A DNA stretch of 51,354 nucleotides, the filler included, from Catajapyx aquilonaris (Eukaryota): NCBI GenBank assembly GCA_000934665.2. It is 3 parts of 3 records of this genome, joined end to end, with 100 filler letters (N's around TTAATTAATTAA, not from the genome) between each part and the next. Parts side by side here need not be neighbours in the genome. Positions count along the whole stretch, not along the records: positions 34,300 to 51,354 come from JYFJ02007049.1; 2 more parts are not named here. One strand, 5' to 3'. Shown piece after piece: positions 34,600 to 46,584 of this stretch. The translations under genes and the position numbers were made by a program. The notes under the pieces were generated by a model. It was not told the origin of the DNA. It saw only the letters and a list, made by a program, of their open reading frames with translations, and made no database searches. Numbering within the stretch: the stretch's first letter is position 1; the number at the start of each line of letters is the position of its first letter.

Positions 34600-37086
34600 T
34601 CACGATGATGGCTGAGATTGATCCTATTTTAGACCCACCTGTAACTCTGATGGAACTGAACAGTGCATGTCATAAACTCAAGGGCAAGTCAGCGGGAGGC
34701 CCAGACTGTATTCCGAATGCTTTTTTGAAACTGGACTCACAAAAGTTGCGGGATTTTTTACTGGGTGTGTTTAATAACTGCATGCACGCACGATCCCCAA
34801 AAAATGGGAACAAGCAAAGGTCGTCCCTATCGATACAGCGGGGGAGAAGAACGATCCGGGTAATTACAGGCCCGTATCACTGGTCAATAACATTTTGAAA
34901 CTCTTCACATCCATTCTCACGGTACGCCTGAAAAAGTGGGCGGAGGCGCATGACAGGTTATCAGAAACTCAAGCGGGATTTAGGTCGGGGCGTGGGTGCA
35001 CTGACCATCTTTTCACGTTGGCTGCCCTGATTCATAAATACACCACAATGCCCAGAGGGAAATTATACGCTATCTTTATTGACTTATCCAAGGCCTTCGA
35101 CTCGGTAGTACACGCCCGCCTAATTGCGAAACTCAGGGACATTGGTGTCAGTGAACAATTTCTGGCACTTCACCATAATACCAGATATGGACGACCTGGT
35201 CAATTTGCAGGTATTGCAGGGTCTGCCGCAAGGGGAGCCTCTCAGTCCTGTACTTTTCAACTTATTCGTATCTGACTTGGAACCCGAACTGGGACGAGAT
35301 GGCGCACCAGGAGTTAACTTTGGCCCCAACACTTTGGAAATTAGATCATTATATAATAATTTATAATAATTGTATAATTGTGGGGGTAGTGCTCACCCAG
35401 AATGTGTTTTGCACAGACCTTTATTTTCAATTCGTACATTTGGAGCCTTGAACGAAGCGCCCGGGCCCACGGGCAGGATGACAGGAGGGGATGTGCAAGG
35501 TGCAGTGCGACTGACGTGGTGGCCATTTTTAGTGAACTCCCCCGGGTGGTTTAGTCTGTAGGTAATACCACCCGAGACGAAGCCAGAGGTGACCCTGAAC
35601 TCTGCACCAGATGAAGGGGGTGTCCCCGGGCTGGGATCGAACCCGGGACCTTAACATCCGTGGGCGCGCACGTTACCGCGGCGCCTCTGCGTCTCCCCTA
35701 AATTAGATCATTATCGTATGCTGACGACATTATTTTGCTGGCGGAGAACACGTTGTACTTGCAATGAAATATTCAAGTCCTAGAACAATACCTAAAAAAA
35801 AAACTGCTTAAACATTATCTTAAAAAATACCAAGGCAATGTGTTTCAAAAGGGCTGGTAGGCGTCCGGAAACTACCATCTTCTGGGACCACACACCTATC
35901 CTATGGGCGAAGTCGTACACATACTTGGGTGTCCCTTTCAGTACGAGCGGTAATTTCTCTTCAACCAGCCAATTTTTCAAATCAAGGGCAACGGTTGCCA
36001 TAAACAGCCTTTGGCCCACACTGATGAACATGAAACTGCGCGATATACAAACGGCGCTTAGGCTGTTTCAGGCACAGGTAGTCCCGGTACTTCTATACGG
36101 TGCCCAGATTTGGGGGCCGGCCAGAGCATACATCGTCGACCAAGTCCAAAATTTTTTCATAAAGAAATTCCTAAGCCTGCCTAGGAACACAGCAAATTAT
36201 TTCCTGCACATGGGAGACGGGAGTGCCACACTTGTCGTTAAGGTTGTTTGGGCAATTAAGGCGATTTATAGTAAGAACCGGTGAACTCCCCGACTCCAGG
36301 TTGTTAAAAATAGCTTTTGCATCGGCAAAACACACTGCTGAATCGTTCCCCAATGTGAGCACGTGGGCAGTGCAGGCGCGAGCTTTGCTGGCCCTGGGTG
36401 GGGTAGAAGACTTGGACGTGGAGGGTTTAGCCTCAACGGCTTCCCTGGACGTGTACGCAGACTATCTCAACGCAAGGAGCCTTCAAGCCTTAGAGAAATC
36501 CATGAGATGTGCATTTTATCGAGAAATCTCAGTCTTCCCGAGTGTCGCGACTTTTCTTGCGTTATCAACACCGATCAAAATCACAAGGTTAGTAGCAAAC
36601 TTATGGCATTGCTCCCCAAGGGTTCCCATTCAGGCTGGATCCATAAGTTCGAGGTAGAGTCGAACTGCACGTGGTGCAACAGAGAGGAACCGGACACCCT
36701 GTACCACCTTCTATATTCGTGTCCTATCTTTGCTACACCAAGGCACGAGTTTCTCTACGACATCCCCAAATTCCCTGTGCACAAACTGCATCATTTGTTT
36801 GCCGAACTGCAAGCAACCGAATGTTTTCAATTGTACAACTTTTTCAACAAGGTTGCTAAAATGAGAGATCTCTGTGGTTGAATAAAGCAGCTATTTTTTA
36901 TTTATCTTTTACTTCAAATTTGGTCCGACAGTGGTACTTATGTTTGACGGAGCTCCCTGTTCTTGCTCCGCAAAGTGTGCACATACATATTTTGTAAAAA
37001 CCAGGAGGTGCTGTGTCCCCCCAAAAGGTCCATGCCCTGCTTACGGGGTATAAAAAATAATAAAATTAAATAAAATTAAAAAAAAC
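34600..37086 (+). mobile_element. 5'-truncated, frameshifted LINE (RT plus C-terminal CCHC; RTE-X-like by resemblance)
   Basis: KSAGGPDCIP, NYRPVSL, QAGFRSGRGCTDH, FIDLSKAFDSV, GLPQGEPLSPVLF, YADD at ~35717, YTYLGV, CTWC..DTLYHLLYSCP; A/T-rich tail. Confidence 0.92.
35353..35699 (-). mobile_element. tRNA-derived SINE inserted in the LINE RT
   Basis: B box GGTTCGATCCC on the minus strand, ATT-rich tail, 15-bp TSD AAATTAGATCATTAT at 35338-35352 and 35700-35714. Confidence 0.9.
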
Positions 37087-37091
37087 ACATA

Positions 37092-37602
37092 CAGGGTGAT
37101 TCTCCCGAATGGAAACCCAAACATTTCTCAATAACTTTTTAACCATGGTATGGTTCCCGATGAAAATTGACATGTACTTACCTTGTATCATGCCAAACAA
37201 GGTCTAACTAAAGAATAAGTTATATCAAAAGTGGTCCCCTCCAGCAACCAAGAATTTTATGCGAGTCTGCATATTGCCAAAGACTCCTGCAGATTGGCGG
37301 CGGGGATGACCGCCGTAAGGTCCATCATACCCCAAAACATGGCCTTGATGTGCCCTCTCGCCAAGCAGGCGGGCGGGAAATGGATACCATCCCCGCAGCC
37401 AATCTGCAGGAGTCTTCAGCAATATGCAGACTTGCATTAAAAAATTCTTGGATGCTGGAGGGGACCACTTTTGGTATATTCTTTAGTCAGACCTTGTCTG
37501 GCATGATACAAGGTAAGTACATGTCAATTTTCATCGGGAACCATACCATAGTTAAAAAGTTATTGAGGAATGTTTGGGTTTCCATTCGGGAGAATCACCC
37601 TG
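37092..37602. mobile_element. Foldback Tc1/mariner MITE (degenerate relative at ~10918-11140)
   Basis: TA-CAGGGTGATTCTCCCGAATGGAAACCCAAACAT... with ~200-bp inverted arms. Confidence 0.88.
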
Positions 37603-37750
37603 TATTTGTGGACCAACAGGACACCAATTCATCCTTGAATCACTTACTGGGGGTTTGGGGCAGCGCTTTCCACATCTACCAAAGCGAACAAAAATTTTTA
37701 AAAAAAGGCTGCAGAAACTACCATGCTGGAATGTTGCTTTGCTAAAGAAA

Positions 37751-40700
37751 TCAGAAGAAAACCGGGTGAAATCCCTTGGCCGTCACCTTCTTACGGCACT
37801 TTGGGCACCTTCTATCAACTTTTAAAGCGTCTTTGAGGCATTTGGTGCAGAAGAGGTGGCCGCAGGTAGTTGAGCTTACTCCACTTCCCTTGCTACTAAG
37901 CTCTTCCATACAGATGGCGCATTCCGGGCCCATGGAGGATACCTTTGTATCCTTGCCACTTTCCAGCTCACTGGGAGATGCCTCCTGTTGATTCTGCTTG
38001 GTCACCATGCAGCCATCAGAACGCTTGTTGCAGTCCACTTCCATACCTTCAATCTTGCCAAATAGGGTGTGGCCAAAGAGGGTGTCAAGCGAGATGAATT
38101 CCGTTCCCTCATAACAGGCTAAATTCAATTGGAGAAAAAACTGTTAGTTCCAACATGTTGAGCAATTCAAGATTCCACAGGAGTTAGTGTATATCTGCAC
38201 AAAACTACTTCCAAACTAACAAAAACAAAGTTAAGTGTGGCCAAACCAAATTGATAAAATAAGGTGGCGCAACTATCTCATCCAGTAGGGTCAATTCCTC
38301 TGATTCATATACTTGGAATTTGCGCCAGGAATTTAGAAGCTTTATTGCTTTGCATAACAAAGAGGCAAGTGGTTACACACGAAATTCTTATCTACGAGGG
38401 CCGATCAATAAGTAATGCAATAAATTTAATTTAGGCAAAAGTTTAATAGATAGGCAAAACTTTTTTTTTAACGTTATCGCGTGATAGGGCCAGAGGCCCT
38501 TATAGGGGGGGTGGAATACCACTATTTTCCATTCAATTTTTCTGATTTTTCTTCTAACTCCGGTGCAAGGATGAAAGGACATGGGTGCAAGTGCAGTGTC
38601 GGTAAAGGGCTCATGTGCTGTTCCACAGGAGGTTAGGTTGCCAGACACCTCCAAGGTGCAGGTCAGAGACCCTCCTGATGCTGGTGAAAGGGAACTCCCA
38701 GGCGGGGATCGAATCTGGGACCTTTCATTCAGCAAGCCGAGACATTACCATCTCGGCCACCACACCTCTGCAGATAGGCAAAACTTAAGATATACATAGC
38801 GACCTCCCAATTCTTACTTATTTTTCAACAAGAACCAATTTGCTCCACACATTTCTCCCACCCTGACACCAGTTTCAGTACACCCTGATCATATAGGAGT
38901 CCGTCTTTTGGGCGTACAGCCACCTGCGGATGACAGTCCTGACCTCATCATCAGAATCGACGTGTTGGCCGCTCAGAAACTTCTTCAGCAGAGGACCAAA
39001 CAGGTGAAAGTCCGATGGAGCGAGGTCCGGACTGTAGGGTGGGTGTTGGAGAACCTCCCAACCAAATTGCCCAATTTTCTTTTGGACATGTCGTGCAACA
39101 TGGGGCCAAGCGTTGTCATGAAGCAGTCTGACATTTGCAGTATCTGTGTCGCGGAGTTGTTGGCACCAGCAGCAGATGTTACTGACGTCCAGGCAATCAC
39201 TACCATACACATGCACCCTCTGTTTGTGACTGTTGGTCACGGTTTTCCGTTGAGCCCACAAAAACCGCACAACACCTCGCTGCTCTTCAATAGTTGATGA
39301 TGCTAACAAGCGCGACAGCATTGTGGCATAGTTCCCACTTCCACCACTAGGGCGCCAGAAGATCCAGCCACATAGGTAAGCAGTACTTACATAGTCAGCA
39401 GCGGGGGAGTCAGATAAGATGAGTGCCTAATTGCAACCTTCTATTTGCAACCATGATAGAAGAAATTAATTATTTGCTTTACTTATTGATCCGCCCTCGT
39501 ACGTATAGCATCACCTGTGCAACCTCACCTCACCAGTTTGTTAGAATTTTATGTCAATGCCAAACCCTAAATTTCAGCCGTAACCATATCATGAAATGTG
39601 TTAAGCAACAACATTGACAAAATGAGGCAGTTGCTGTCTAACATGACCTTCAACGCAACCCTTTGCAGCCACACTAGTTACTACATTGCTTAGCAATTTC
39701 CCTGCCATTTGTGAGCCTCTCCCACTCCACATCACATTCCCTCCCCTATCATCATAATTGAGAATGCAGACAGCCACATCCTCTGCTACAGAAAAAGAGA
39801 GAAACAAGCAGATATGACAGCTCTTAAAAGTAAGCAGCCTGTAATAACGACACCACTACAGTACCAACCACATGACCTTTATCATTAAGTAATGGCCATT
39901 CTAATATATCTGACAATTTATTTTTTAGCCACAAATACAGTGCCTGGACAGGTCGGCAGATAGTCACATATTATAGATAGAATCCTCCTGGAGCAGAATA
40001 CACAGGAGTCATGGGTACGAAACCTCTCCGTGCCCTCCGGGAACCATTTTTTGGAGGTTTGGCACACACCCCTCCCAGACAACTGCTTACAGACAACAAT
40101 GTCCTTGAAATTGCATCAACGCAGGAGTTTTTTTTCATGGATCTGAACAGGTGCAAGTCACTGGGGGCCAAGCCGGGTGAGTGCAGTGGGTGTGGAAGCA
40201 CCCAAACCCAGATCCATGAAAAAAAAAAAAAAACCTTTGCCAACACCATTTCATGGACACTGTTGACAGTTGTTTACGTTGTCGATTGTGCACAGTTGTC
40301 TGGTAGTGGGTGACTTCCAAAAAGTGGTTCCTGGACGGCCCAGAGAGGTTGACACACCCATGGTGGCACGGCATTCAGCTCCAGGAGGATTCTATCTATA
40401 ATGTGTGACTACCTGCCGACCTGTAAGGCCACTGTATTTGTGGCAAATAAATAAATTGTAAATCATTTTAGTATGGCCCTCGTATACAGGGTGGGGCAAA
40501 AGTCATGGGCGGATTAAAACGACGCAGCATGGCGTAAGTAACGAACGATTATATTTTAAAAAAATTACACTACACAGAGAAAGTTATGCCATTTATGGAT
40601 CAAGGTCCAAAAAAGTCACTTCTTGAAAACAACACCGGATAGGTGTCCACCTTTGCGGGCAACACATCCAAACGCCGTCGGACGAAACCCTTCATAAAGC

Positions 40701-41478
40701 GCTCCAGAATGTCCAGGGAAATGTTTCTCACGGCGTGTCTTATCTGATCCTTAAGATCAGCCAATGACTGAGGATGTGTGGCGAAAACCAAACTCTTCCC
40801 GTACCCCCCCAAGAAGAAGTCCGGGCTGGTCAAATCCGGCGACCGTCACGGTAATGTCCCCAAATCTCGAAATGACCCTCCCAGGAAACACTTGACTTTT
40901 AATTTGTTCGGTGTTCACCACACATCCTCAGTCATTGGCTGATCTTAAGGATCAGATAAGACACACAGTGAGAAACATTCCCATGGACATGCTGGAGCGC
41001 GTTATGAAGGGTTTCGTCCACCGGCGTTTGGAGGAATATGTGTTGCCCGCAAAGGTGGACATCTATCCGGTGTTGTTTTCAAGAAGTGACTTTTTTGAAC
41101 CTTGATCCATAAATGGCATATCTTTCTCTGTGTAGTGTAATTTTAAAAAATATATAATCGTTCGTTACTTACGCCACGCTGCGTAATTTTAATCTGCCCA
41201 TGACTTTTGCCCCACCCTGCTATATGCACTGTCCACAGGTCATTATACTTGAGCCATCTAGTCATTTGATTATTGTTATACATTAATTCTTCACCAACTT
41301 TAAAAGCCAATATTGAAGAAGAAAGAGGGGTGGGACTCTCACCTCTCAGAGGGTCTCTAGCCCGCATCCTGTAGGAGGCCCTGCTTGGACTTCCCAGTTC
41401 GTCTTCGTCTTGGGTAAGGTCGATCACATCGCTATCGACATTCCCAGATGGAGGGGTGGTGTTTCTCAACGTAGCCAT
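37751..41478 (-). CDS. RNF4-like SIM + RING E3 ligase (exons 41478-41295, 39785-39648, 38118-37751)
   Basis: SIM DVIDLTQDEDE; terminal RING CAICMEE...STTCGHLFCTKCLKDALK...CPKCRKK...FHPVFF; both introns are phase 1 and join in frame. Confidence 0.75.
38395..39499 (-). mobile_element. Internally deleted mariner element with both TIRs
   Basis: TA-CGAGGG.CGATCAATAAGTAA ... TTACTTATTGATCCGCCCTCG-TA; ORF 38875-39321 joins the HTH (EQRGVVRFLW) directly to LLHDNAWPH and HPPYSPDLAPSDFHLF. Confidence 0.92.
38463..38771 (-). mobile_element. tRNA-derived SINE nested in the mariner
   Basis: TGGCCGAGATGG A box, GATTCGATCCC B box, poly(A) tail; 15-bp TSD AGATAGGCAAAACTT at 38448-38462 and 38772-38786. Confidence 0.88.
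39892..40482 (-). mobile_element. Mariner-derived element with ~105-bp inverted ends
   Basis: VLPHPLHSPGLAPSDLHLFRSMK internally; the 3' end is repeated in inverted orientation; GGCCCTCG-TA terminus. Confidence 0.8.
40487..41219. mobile_element. Tc1-family foldback element with ~300-bp arms containing the transposase C-terminus
   Basis: CAGGGTGGGGCAAAAGTCATGGGC TIRs; SPDLTSPDFFLGGY.KS on the minus strand; THPQSLADLKDQIRH in both arms. Confidence 0.9.
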
Positions 41479-41629
41479 CCCGTCAGAAATCTGTCATTTA
41501 CAGTGGATGAAGAGAAAATGCAGTTACTTTTCACATAACAATGAAACAAACCTTTGTTGACAAACACTACTGAAAGCTCAACCTTTCAAACTTTCACAAG
41601 CTTCTGCTAAATACCATTTCACATTTGAA

Positions 41630-41880
41630 GAGCAGCAAAGCAAAACCCGCAAGATCCATCACAAACTTTTCTGTAGATCTTGCTGGTTTTGCTTGCACTA
41701 TGCTGCTGGATCTTGCGGTATTTGCTTGAATCGACAGTTTTTGGGCTCATATACTATGGAACTAACACATTTTGCCCGACCAGCTTTTAACACCGCATCA
41801 CACCCTATGTGATGGACAATATGCCATGCCTAACTCGTTTCCCGCCAACATTGGATCTTGCGGGTTTTGCTTTGCCGCTC
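41630..41880. mobile_element. MITE with GAG...CTC termini and GATCTTGC.GGT.TTTGCTT repeats
   Basis: GAGCAGCAAAGCAAAACCCGCAAGATCC / GGATCTTGCGGGTTTTGCTTTGCCGCTC; no clear TSD. Confidence 0.65.
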
Positions 41881-42081
41881 CTCATTTCATCTGAAAGGTA
41901 TCTGTGAGTGAATCTGAATACACATGATTTTTTGATTGTGCTTCTTGTTTCGAAACCTTTCTTTCCCTACCACCCAGTCCCCTCTCAGCTTGTATCACCA
42001 TTCCAGGCACGCTATGGAATGGAAGAAAGTACTCACTAGGGACAGTCCCGGGTGATAATGGAGGATCTTGACAGGACAATA

Positions 42082-42665
42082 CAGGGTGGTCGGTAAATGG
42101 CGCACAAGCTTCAGGTAGTGAGATTCCTTGTGAAAAACCAGTATATGGAAGTGCAGGTCATATTGCTCTACGATGCCTGGTTAGGGCTCACGAGGCCTCC
42201 AAAGTTTGGGCCAAATCATGACGTCACATCCGCCCGCGAAATTCATACACTACCGTATCACTTCTGTCTGCGGTGCGTTGCCAGGGGTTGCCATGTTGAC
42301 ATCCCCCACATTTTCACCAAACAATGGAACCGTATAAACTTGCAGGGACGTTGCCAGGCACGCGGCGACGACGGTATGGCAATGCCTGGCAACGTCCCAG
42401 CCAGTTTATACGGTTCCATTGTTTGGTGAAAATGTGGGGGATGTCAACATGGCAACCCCTGGCAACGCACCGCAGACAGAAGTGATACGGTAGTGTTTGA
42501 ATTTCGCGGGCGGATGTGACGTCATGATTTGGCCCAAACTTTGGAGGCCTCGTGAGCCCTAACCAGGCATCGTAGAGCAATATGACCTGCACTTCCATAT
42601 ACTGTTTTTTCACAAGGAATCTCGCTACCTGAAGCTTGTGCGCCATTTTAATACCGACCACCCTG
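42082..42665. mobile_element. Near-perfect 584-bp foldback MITE
   Basis: TA-CAGGGTGGTCGGTA ... TACCGACCACCCTG-TA; mirror ORFs 42097+ and 42314- have nearly the same translation. Confidence 0.92.
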
Positions 42666-42667
42666 TA

Positions 42668-43353
42668 TATGAAAACCAAAAATGAAATATTTCGTGCTGA
42701 GGCCCATATTTGCAAACATTATGACGTATTAAAGTGCCACAAATAATACATTTTCATACACAATGGCATTACATTACTGATTAGCGACCACTTATAATGA
42801 CATTGAAGTGTGTAATCAGTTTCTAGATTTTTCTCATCGAAAAAAAAGTCATACAGAACGGCTCTGTCCGTCTGTGGACAGGTATCAAGGCCTAAACCGT
42901 AAGAGAGAGCGACAAATGGTTGTCATATTCGGATTAAGCGTGACCAAAATAGGTTTCATGGTCAACTTGCGGTTTTCTGGGTTAGCTCTATCCACACAAG
43001 TCTATACTTTACGGGCGGTTTAGAAAATGGGATGTGGCGGGTCACCGGAAGTTGACCATGAAACCTATTTTGGTCACTCTTCATCCGAATATGGAAGCCG
43101 TTTGTCGCTATCACTCATGGTTTAGGCCTTGCTACCTGTCCACAGGCAGACGGACGGACGGACAGAGCTGGCCTACAAGACTTTTTTCCGATGAGAAAAA
43201 TCTAAAAACTGTTTACACACTTCAATGCCATTATATGTGGTCGCTCAGGCAATCCCATTGTGTATGAAAATGTATTATTTATGGCACTTTAAGACAACTT
43301 TTGCAACTATGGGCCTCAGCATCAAATATTTCATTTTTGGTTATCATATCCTG
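42668..43353. mobile_element. Older foldback MITE; left TIR probably interrupted by the 42082 element
   Basis: TGAAAACCAAAAATGAAATATTT..TGCTGAGGCCCATA versus TATGGGCCTCAGCATCAAATATTTCATTTTTGGTTATCATATCCTG-TA. Confidence 0.8.
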
Positions 43354-43439
43354 TATCCTGTATTAGCATGTTAAGTTTCATCAAGACCCGACATTATCAC
43401 CTGGGTTCCATCCCTTGTCAGATGCCAAGGCTCATAATA

Positions 43440-44541
43440 ATAATATAATAATATTTATTTCCCTATACAAAGTAGTATTTGGAAAGACCATCCCCCTCCA
43501 AAACTTACATAACAATATCACATAGTTGTAATTTTTTCACTGCATTAAAAAAAATTTTATATAAAGAAAAAACCTTTATAGTAGGCATATCTATGAACAA
43601 GGTATATACATCATCTGGTGGAACCCTCGGAAAATCTCTTATACACTCACGAGCTTCTTGGTAGAAAACACACTCAAACAGGATATGAAAAAGAGAACAA
43701 CCAACCATATCATTACATAAGGAACATATTTCTTCATTGTCAATTTTCATACAGTAACCTTGGATGTAAAGAACTCTGGAATTATTCCTTAAATTTATCA
43801 TTAATCACGTTAATTTTAGTGGCATCCCCTGATGCAAATAATTCTCCTGTAAATATCCATTCGAGATTTCAAAATAATGTTTATATGCTCGTGTGTTCTC
43901 TAATGCCACACGGTCCGCCTCGAGTGTATTATCCACAAAGGTTGTAATTAGTTTGTTTACATTAATATCTTCATAATTTGTCAACCAATATTGCCAAAAT
44001 ATTCCAGCGTTTATTAACAGCGCTTCTGCAAAAGTATACCAATCCCTACTCTTTTTCTCTCTCACACATATTTGGTATTCAAAACCTTGCCTAATTATAC
44101 TTTCCCTTGGTTCTCTCATAATTTTTTAAAGAAACTTCAACAATTTGTTAAAAATTTGTATCGAAATTGGTCTGCGTCCTGTTTCATATCTAAGAAAATA
44201 ACCAGCACTGGAACGGGGCAGAGTAAAGAATTTTTTCAAGAAAAAGGTTTGAACACGATCCACATCCTGCATATATTGCAAAGCCCACAAATGTGAGTTA
44301 TACAATATAGACGGCGCTACTTGTGCATCAAACAGGCGAGTTGCAGTATTTAAATTTCTTAACTTTAGTTTAATTAAAGTTGGCCACATCATATTTATCA
44401 CTTTTTTTCCTTTGCTAACAAAATATTGTAATGCTCTACTGAAGCTTCCTGAGGAAGCAAATAATATTCCTAAATATTTATATTCATTTACTATTTGTAC
44501 TTTTTCTCCATCCCAAAAAAAGTTCACATTTTTTGGCAATT
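43440..44541 (-). mobile_element. 5'-truncated LINE, same broad clade as the 34.6-kb copy
   Basis: EYKYLGILF, LFDAQVAPSILY, LRYETGR, CSLC...LFHILFEC; (ATT)n tail; 15-bp TSD CCAAGGCTCATAATA at 43425-43439 and 44542-44556. Confidence 0.9.
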
Positions 44542-44651
44542 CCAAGGCTCATAATACAATAGTAATAAGACTCTCGTGGCATCCCCTCATATCAGTGCCA
44601 AGAATGCAATGATTTCCTTGCTCTCATGTACCCTCCAATATGACCGTATTA

Positions 44652-45192
44652 CCGTATTTACGCGCATATAAGACGCACACGCGTATAAGACGCGCACCCC
44701 GGTTTTGAGGCGAAAAATCGTGGAAAATCGGTTGTTGACTTATATAAGACGCACCCAGATTTATTGCCGTAGTTTGGGAACTGGCCTCGAGCTGCCGGCA
44801 GCAACCTCGGGTGCAATGCATGTGCGTGTGGAATCCATTAGAATCCAGTAAAGGGGAGGGGGGGGGGGGGNGGGCAAGTGGAAAATGGGACAATGCTACG
44901 CATCTGAAACGTATAGGTGGCAAGGTCACACCGGAATTGTGCACGTGTGTGGACGGGGAGAGCATAACAATGGAAGTGAAGGAGAAACGCAGGTCGTACC
45001 GTGCCGATTTCAAGAGGAAAGTGATCAACTGTGCTGACAGGACATCAAACCGACAAGCTTAAATATTTCAATAAACGATTTTCACGATTTCTCACGGGTT
45101 TCCCACGTTGTGCCCTGCCATATAAGACGCATCCTACTTTTTGAGCTACAAAAATTGGAAAAAAGGTGCGTCCTATATGCGAGTGAATACGG
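44652..45192 (+). mobile_element. pogo-family non-autonomous element with a Brinker-type DBD fragment
   Basis: TA-CCGTATTTACGCGCATATAAGACGCAC ... GTGCGTCCTATATGCGAGTGAATACGG-TA; MEVKEKRRSYRADFKRKVINCADRTSNRQA. Confidence 0.85.
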
Positions 45193-45195
45193 TAC

Positions 45196-45762
45196 CTCTC
45201 ATATTGCGGCACACCAGTATAAAACGAGGTCGACCAGCATGCCGGTATAACCCGGGGGTAGCCGGCATGCCGCAATAACCGAGGTAGATATCCGTAATTT
45301 TGATCCTTGCCAAAAAAAATTTGGAATGCTTCTGGTACCATACTAAAATAATGTTACAATGAAAATGGGCGAGTGTACAGCCTGTGAGAATATTTCAGTT
45401 CTGTTGCACAGTGCATTTAAAAAATGTAGAGTGTGTGACCTATCCCATCGTCAGCCTGCTTTGACAGGGGAACCCCCAGCTCTAACATACTGTTTAAATA
45501 GAAATTATTGCCAAACACTGCAATTGAAAACAATATATGGTACAGGTACCCTATTTGGAAAATGAGCCTTTCGATAGTCTTGACGTGAATTTCGATTTTC
45601 AGGCAAATGTCAAGTTCTGAAAGGTTAATGTAACGTATGTGAAAACCTCGCCTTATACCGGTATACCTCGGCCTATACCGGCATGCCGGTACAGCCACTG
45701 GATCGCGCATTTCTAAAAACTGGTCGACCTCGGCTACACCGGCATGCCGCTTTATGTGAAGT
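45196..45762. mobile_element. Probable MITE with GGCATGCCG repeats
   Basis: GCGGCA..CC.GT...CGAGGTCGACCAG near 45207-45237 inverted at ~45720-45750. Confidence 0.5.
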
Positions 45763-46584
45763 AATACGGTATAATGGGACCGTTTTAGCCTTTCCCAATC
45801 TCTCACAAGGTTTCACTATAGAAAACTATCTGTAAATGCAGGTGCTAGTATCATTCTAAGGTTAAATGCATTATAAAAAGGCCATTCAGACTCAAGTGAG
45901 CTACTTGTCATTTGTGGCAGAAGATCTGCAAAATACTCTGTAAATGAACCAAGCCCACACCCCTTCAGGTGCAACTGCCATAAGGGCAGGTAATGCATCA
46001 GGAGACAAATGAAGGAGGCAAAAGAAAATGTTAATTATGATGTAATGACTTAGAACGCATGGTTTTACCTCAGACTACTGAGAAACCTGTCCCACTGCCG
46101 GGCCAAACAGTTGACATAGTTGCCATAAGATTTCAGTGGTTAATGGACACGCTACACAGCGACGTCAGAGGCAGGCTTGTTGGACATTGGTTCTGGCACC
46201 CAGTGGGGCAGGTGATTCAATGTTCTTTGGGAAACGAGCTTGAGAAAACCATGCACTCTTTTGAAATACTGCCAGCCTTCCTACGACTCGGATGTCAACT
46301 GAATTAGGTCCATGAGCAGATTACTTGCTGGGATTTTGAAACCATTTCCCTAGGTAGTTAGTTGACCTTTAGAAATCCCACTGGAAAGGAAGTTGGAGAC
46401 AACAAAACGCAATACGAGAGAAGGAGAAGTCTGGGCTTGGGATCAAACCTGGGGATCTTGCTACATGTGGGCACAGCCATTACAACAAGTAGAGAATCCT
46501 TCATCCAAAATTACAAAAGGCGAAAATTCCACAATCCAAAAGTATTTTTAGTGCTGACATGGCGTGCCACACCTGATGTACATA

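Noticed and set aside
42097..42715. Two similar ORFs (MAHKLQV...) as duplicated genes
   Set aside because: They are mirror translations of one palindrome; the same applies to ORFs at 37225/37231 and 48787/49730
45816..46310. Extra exons of the RNF4-like gene
   Set aside because: Candidate acceptors lead to in-frame stops and no recognisable protein
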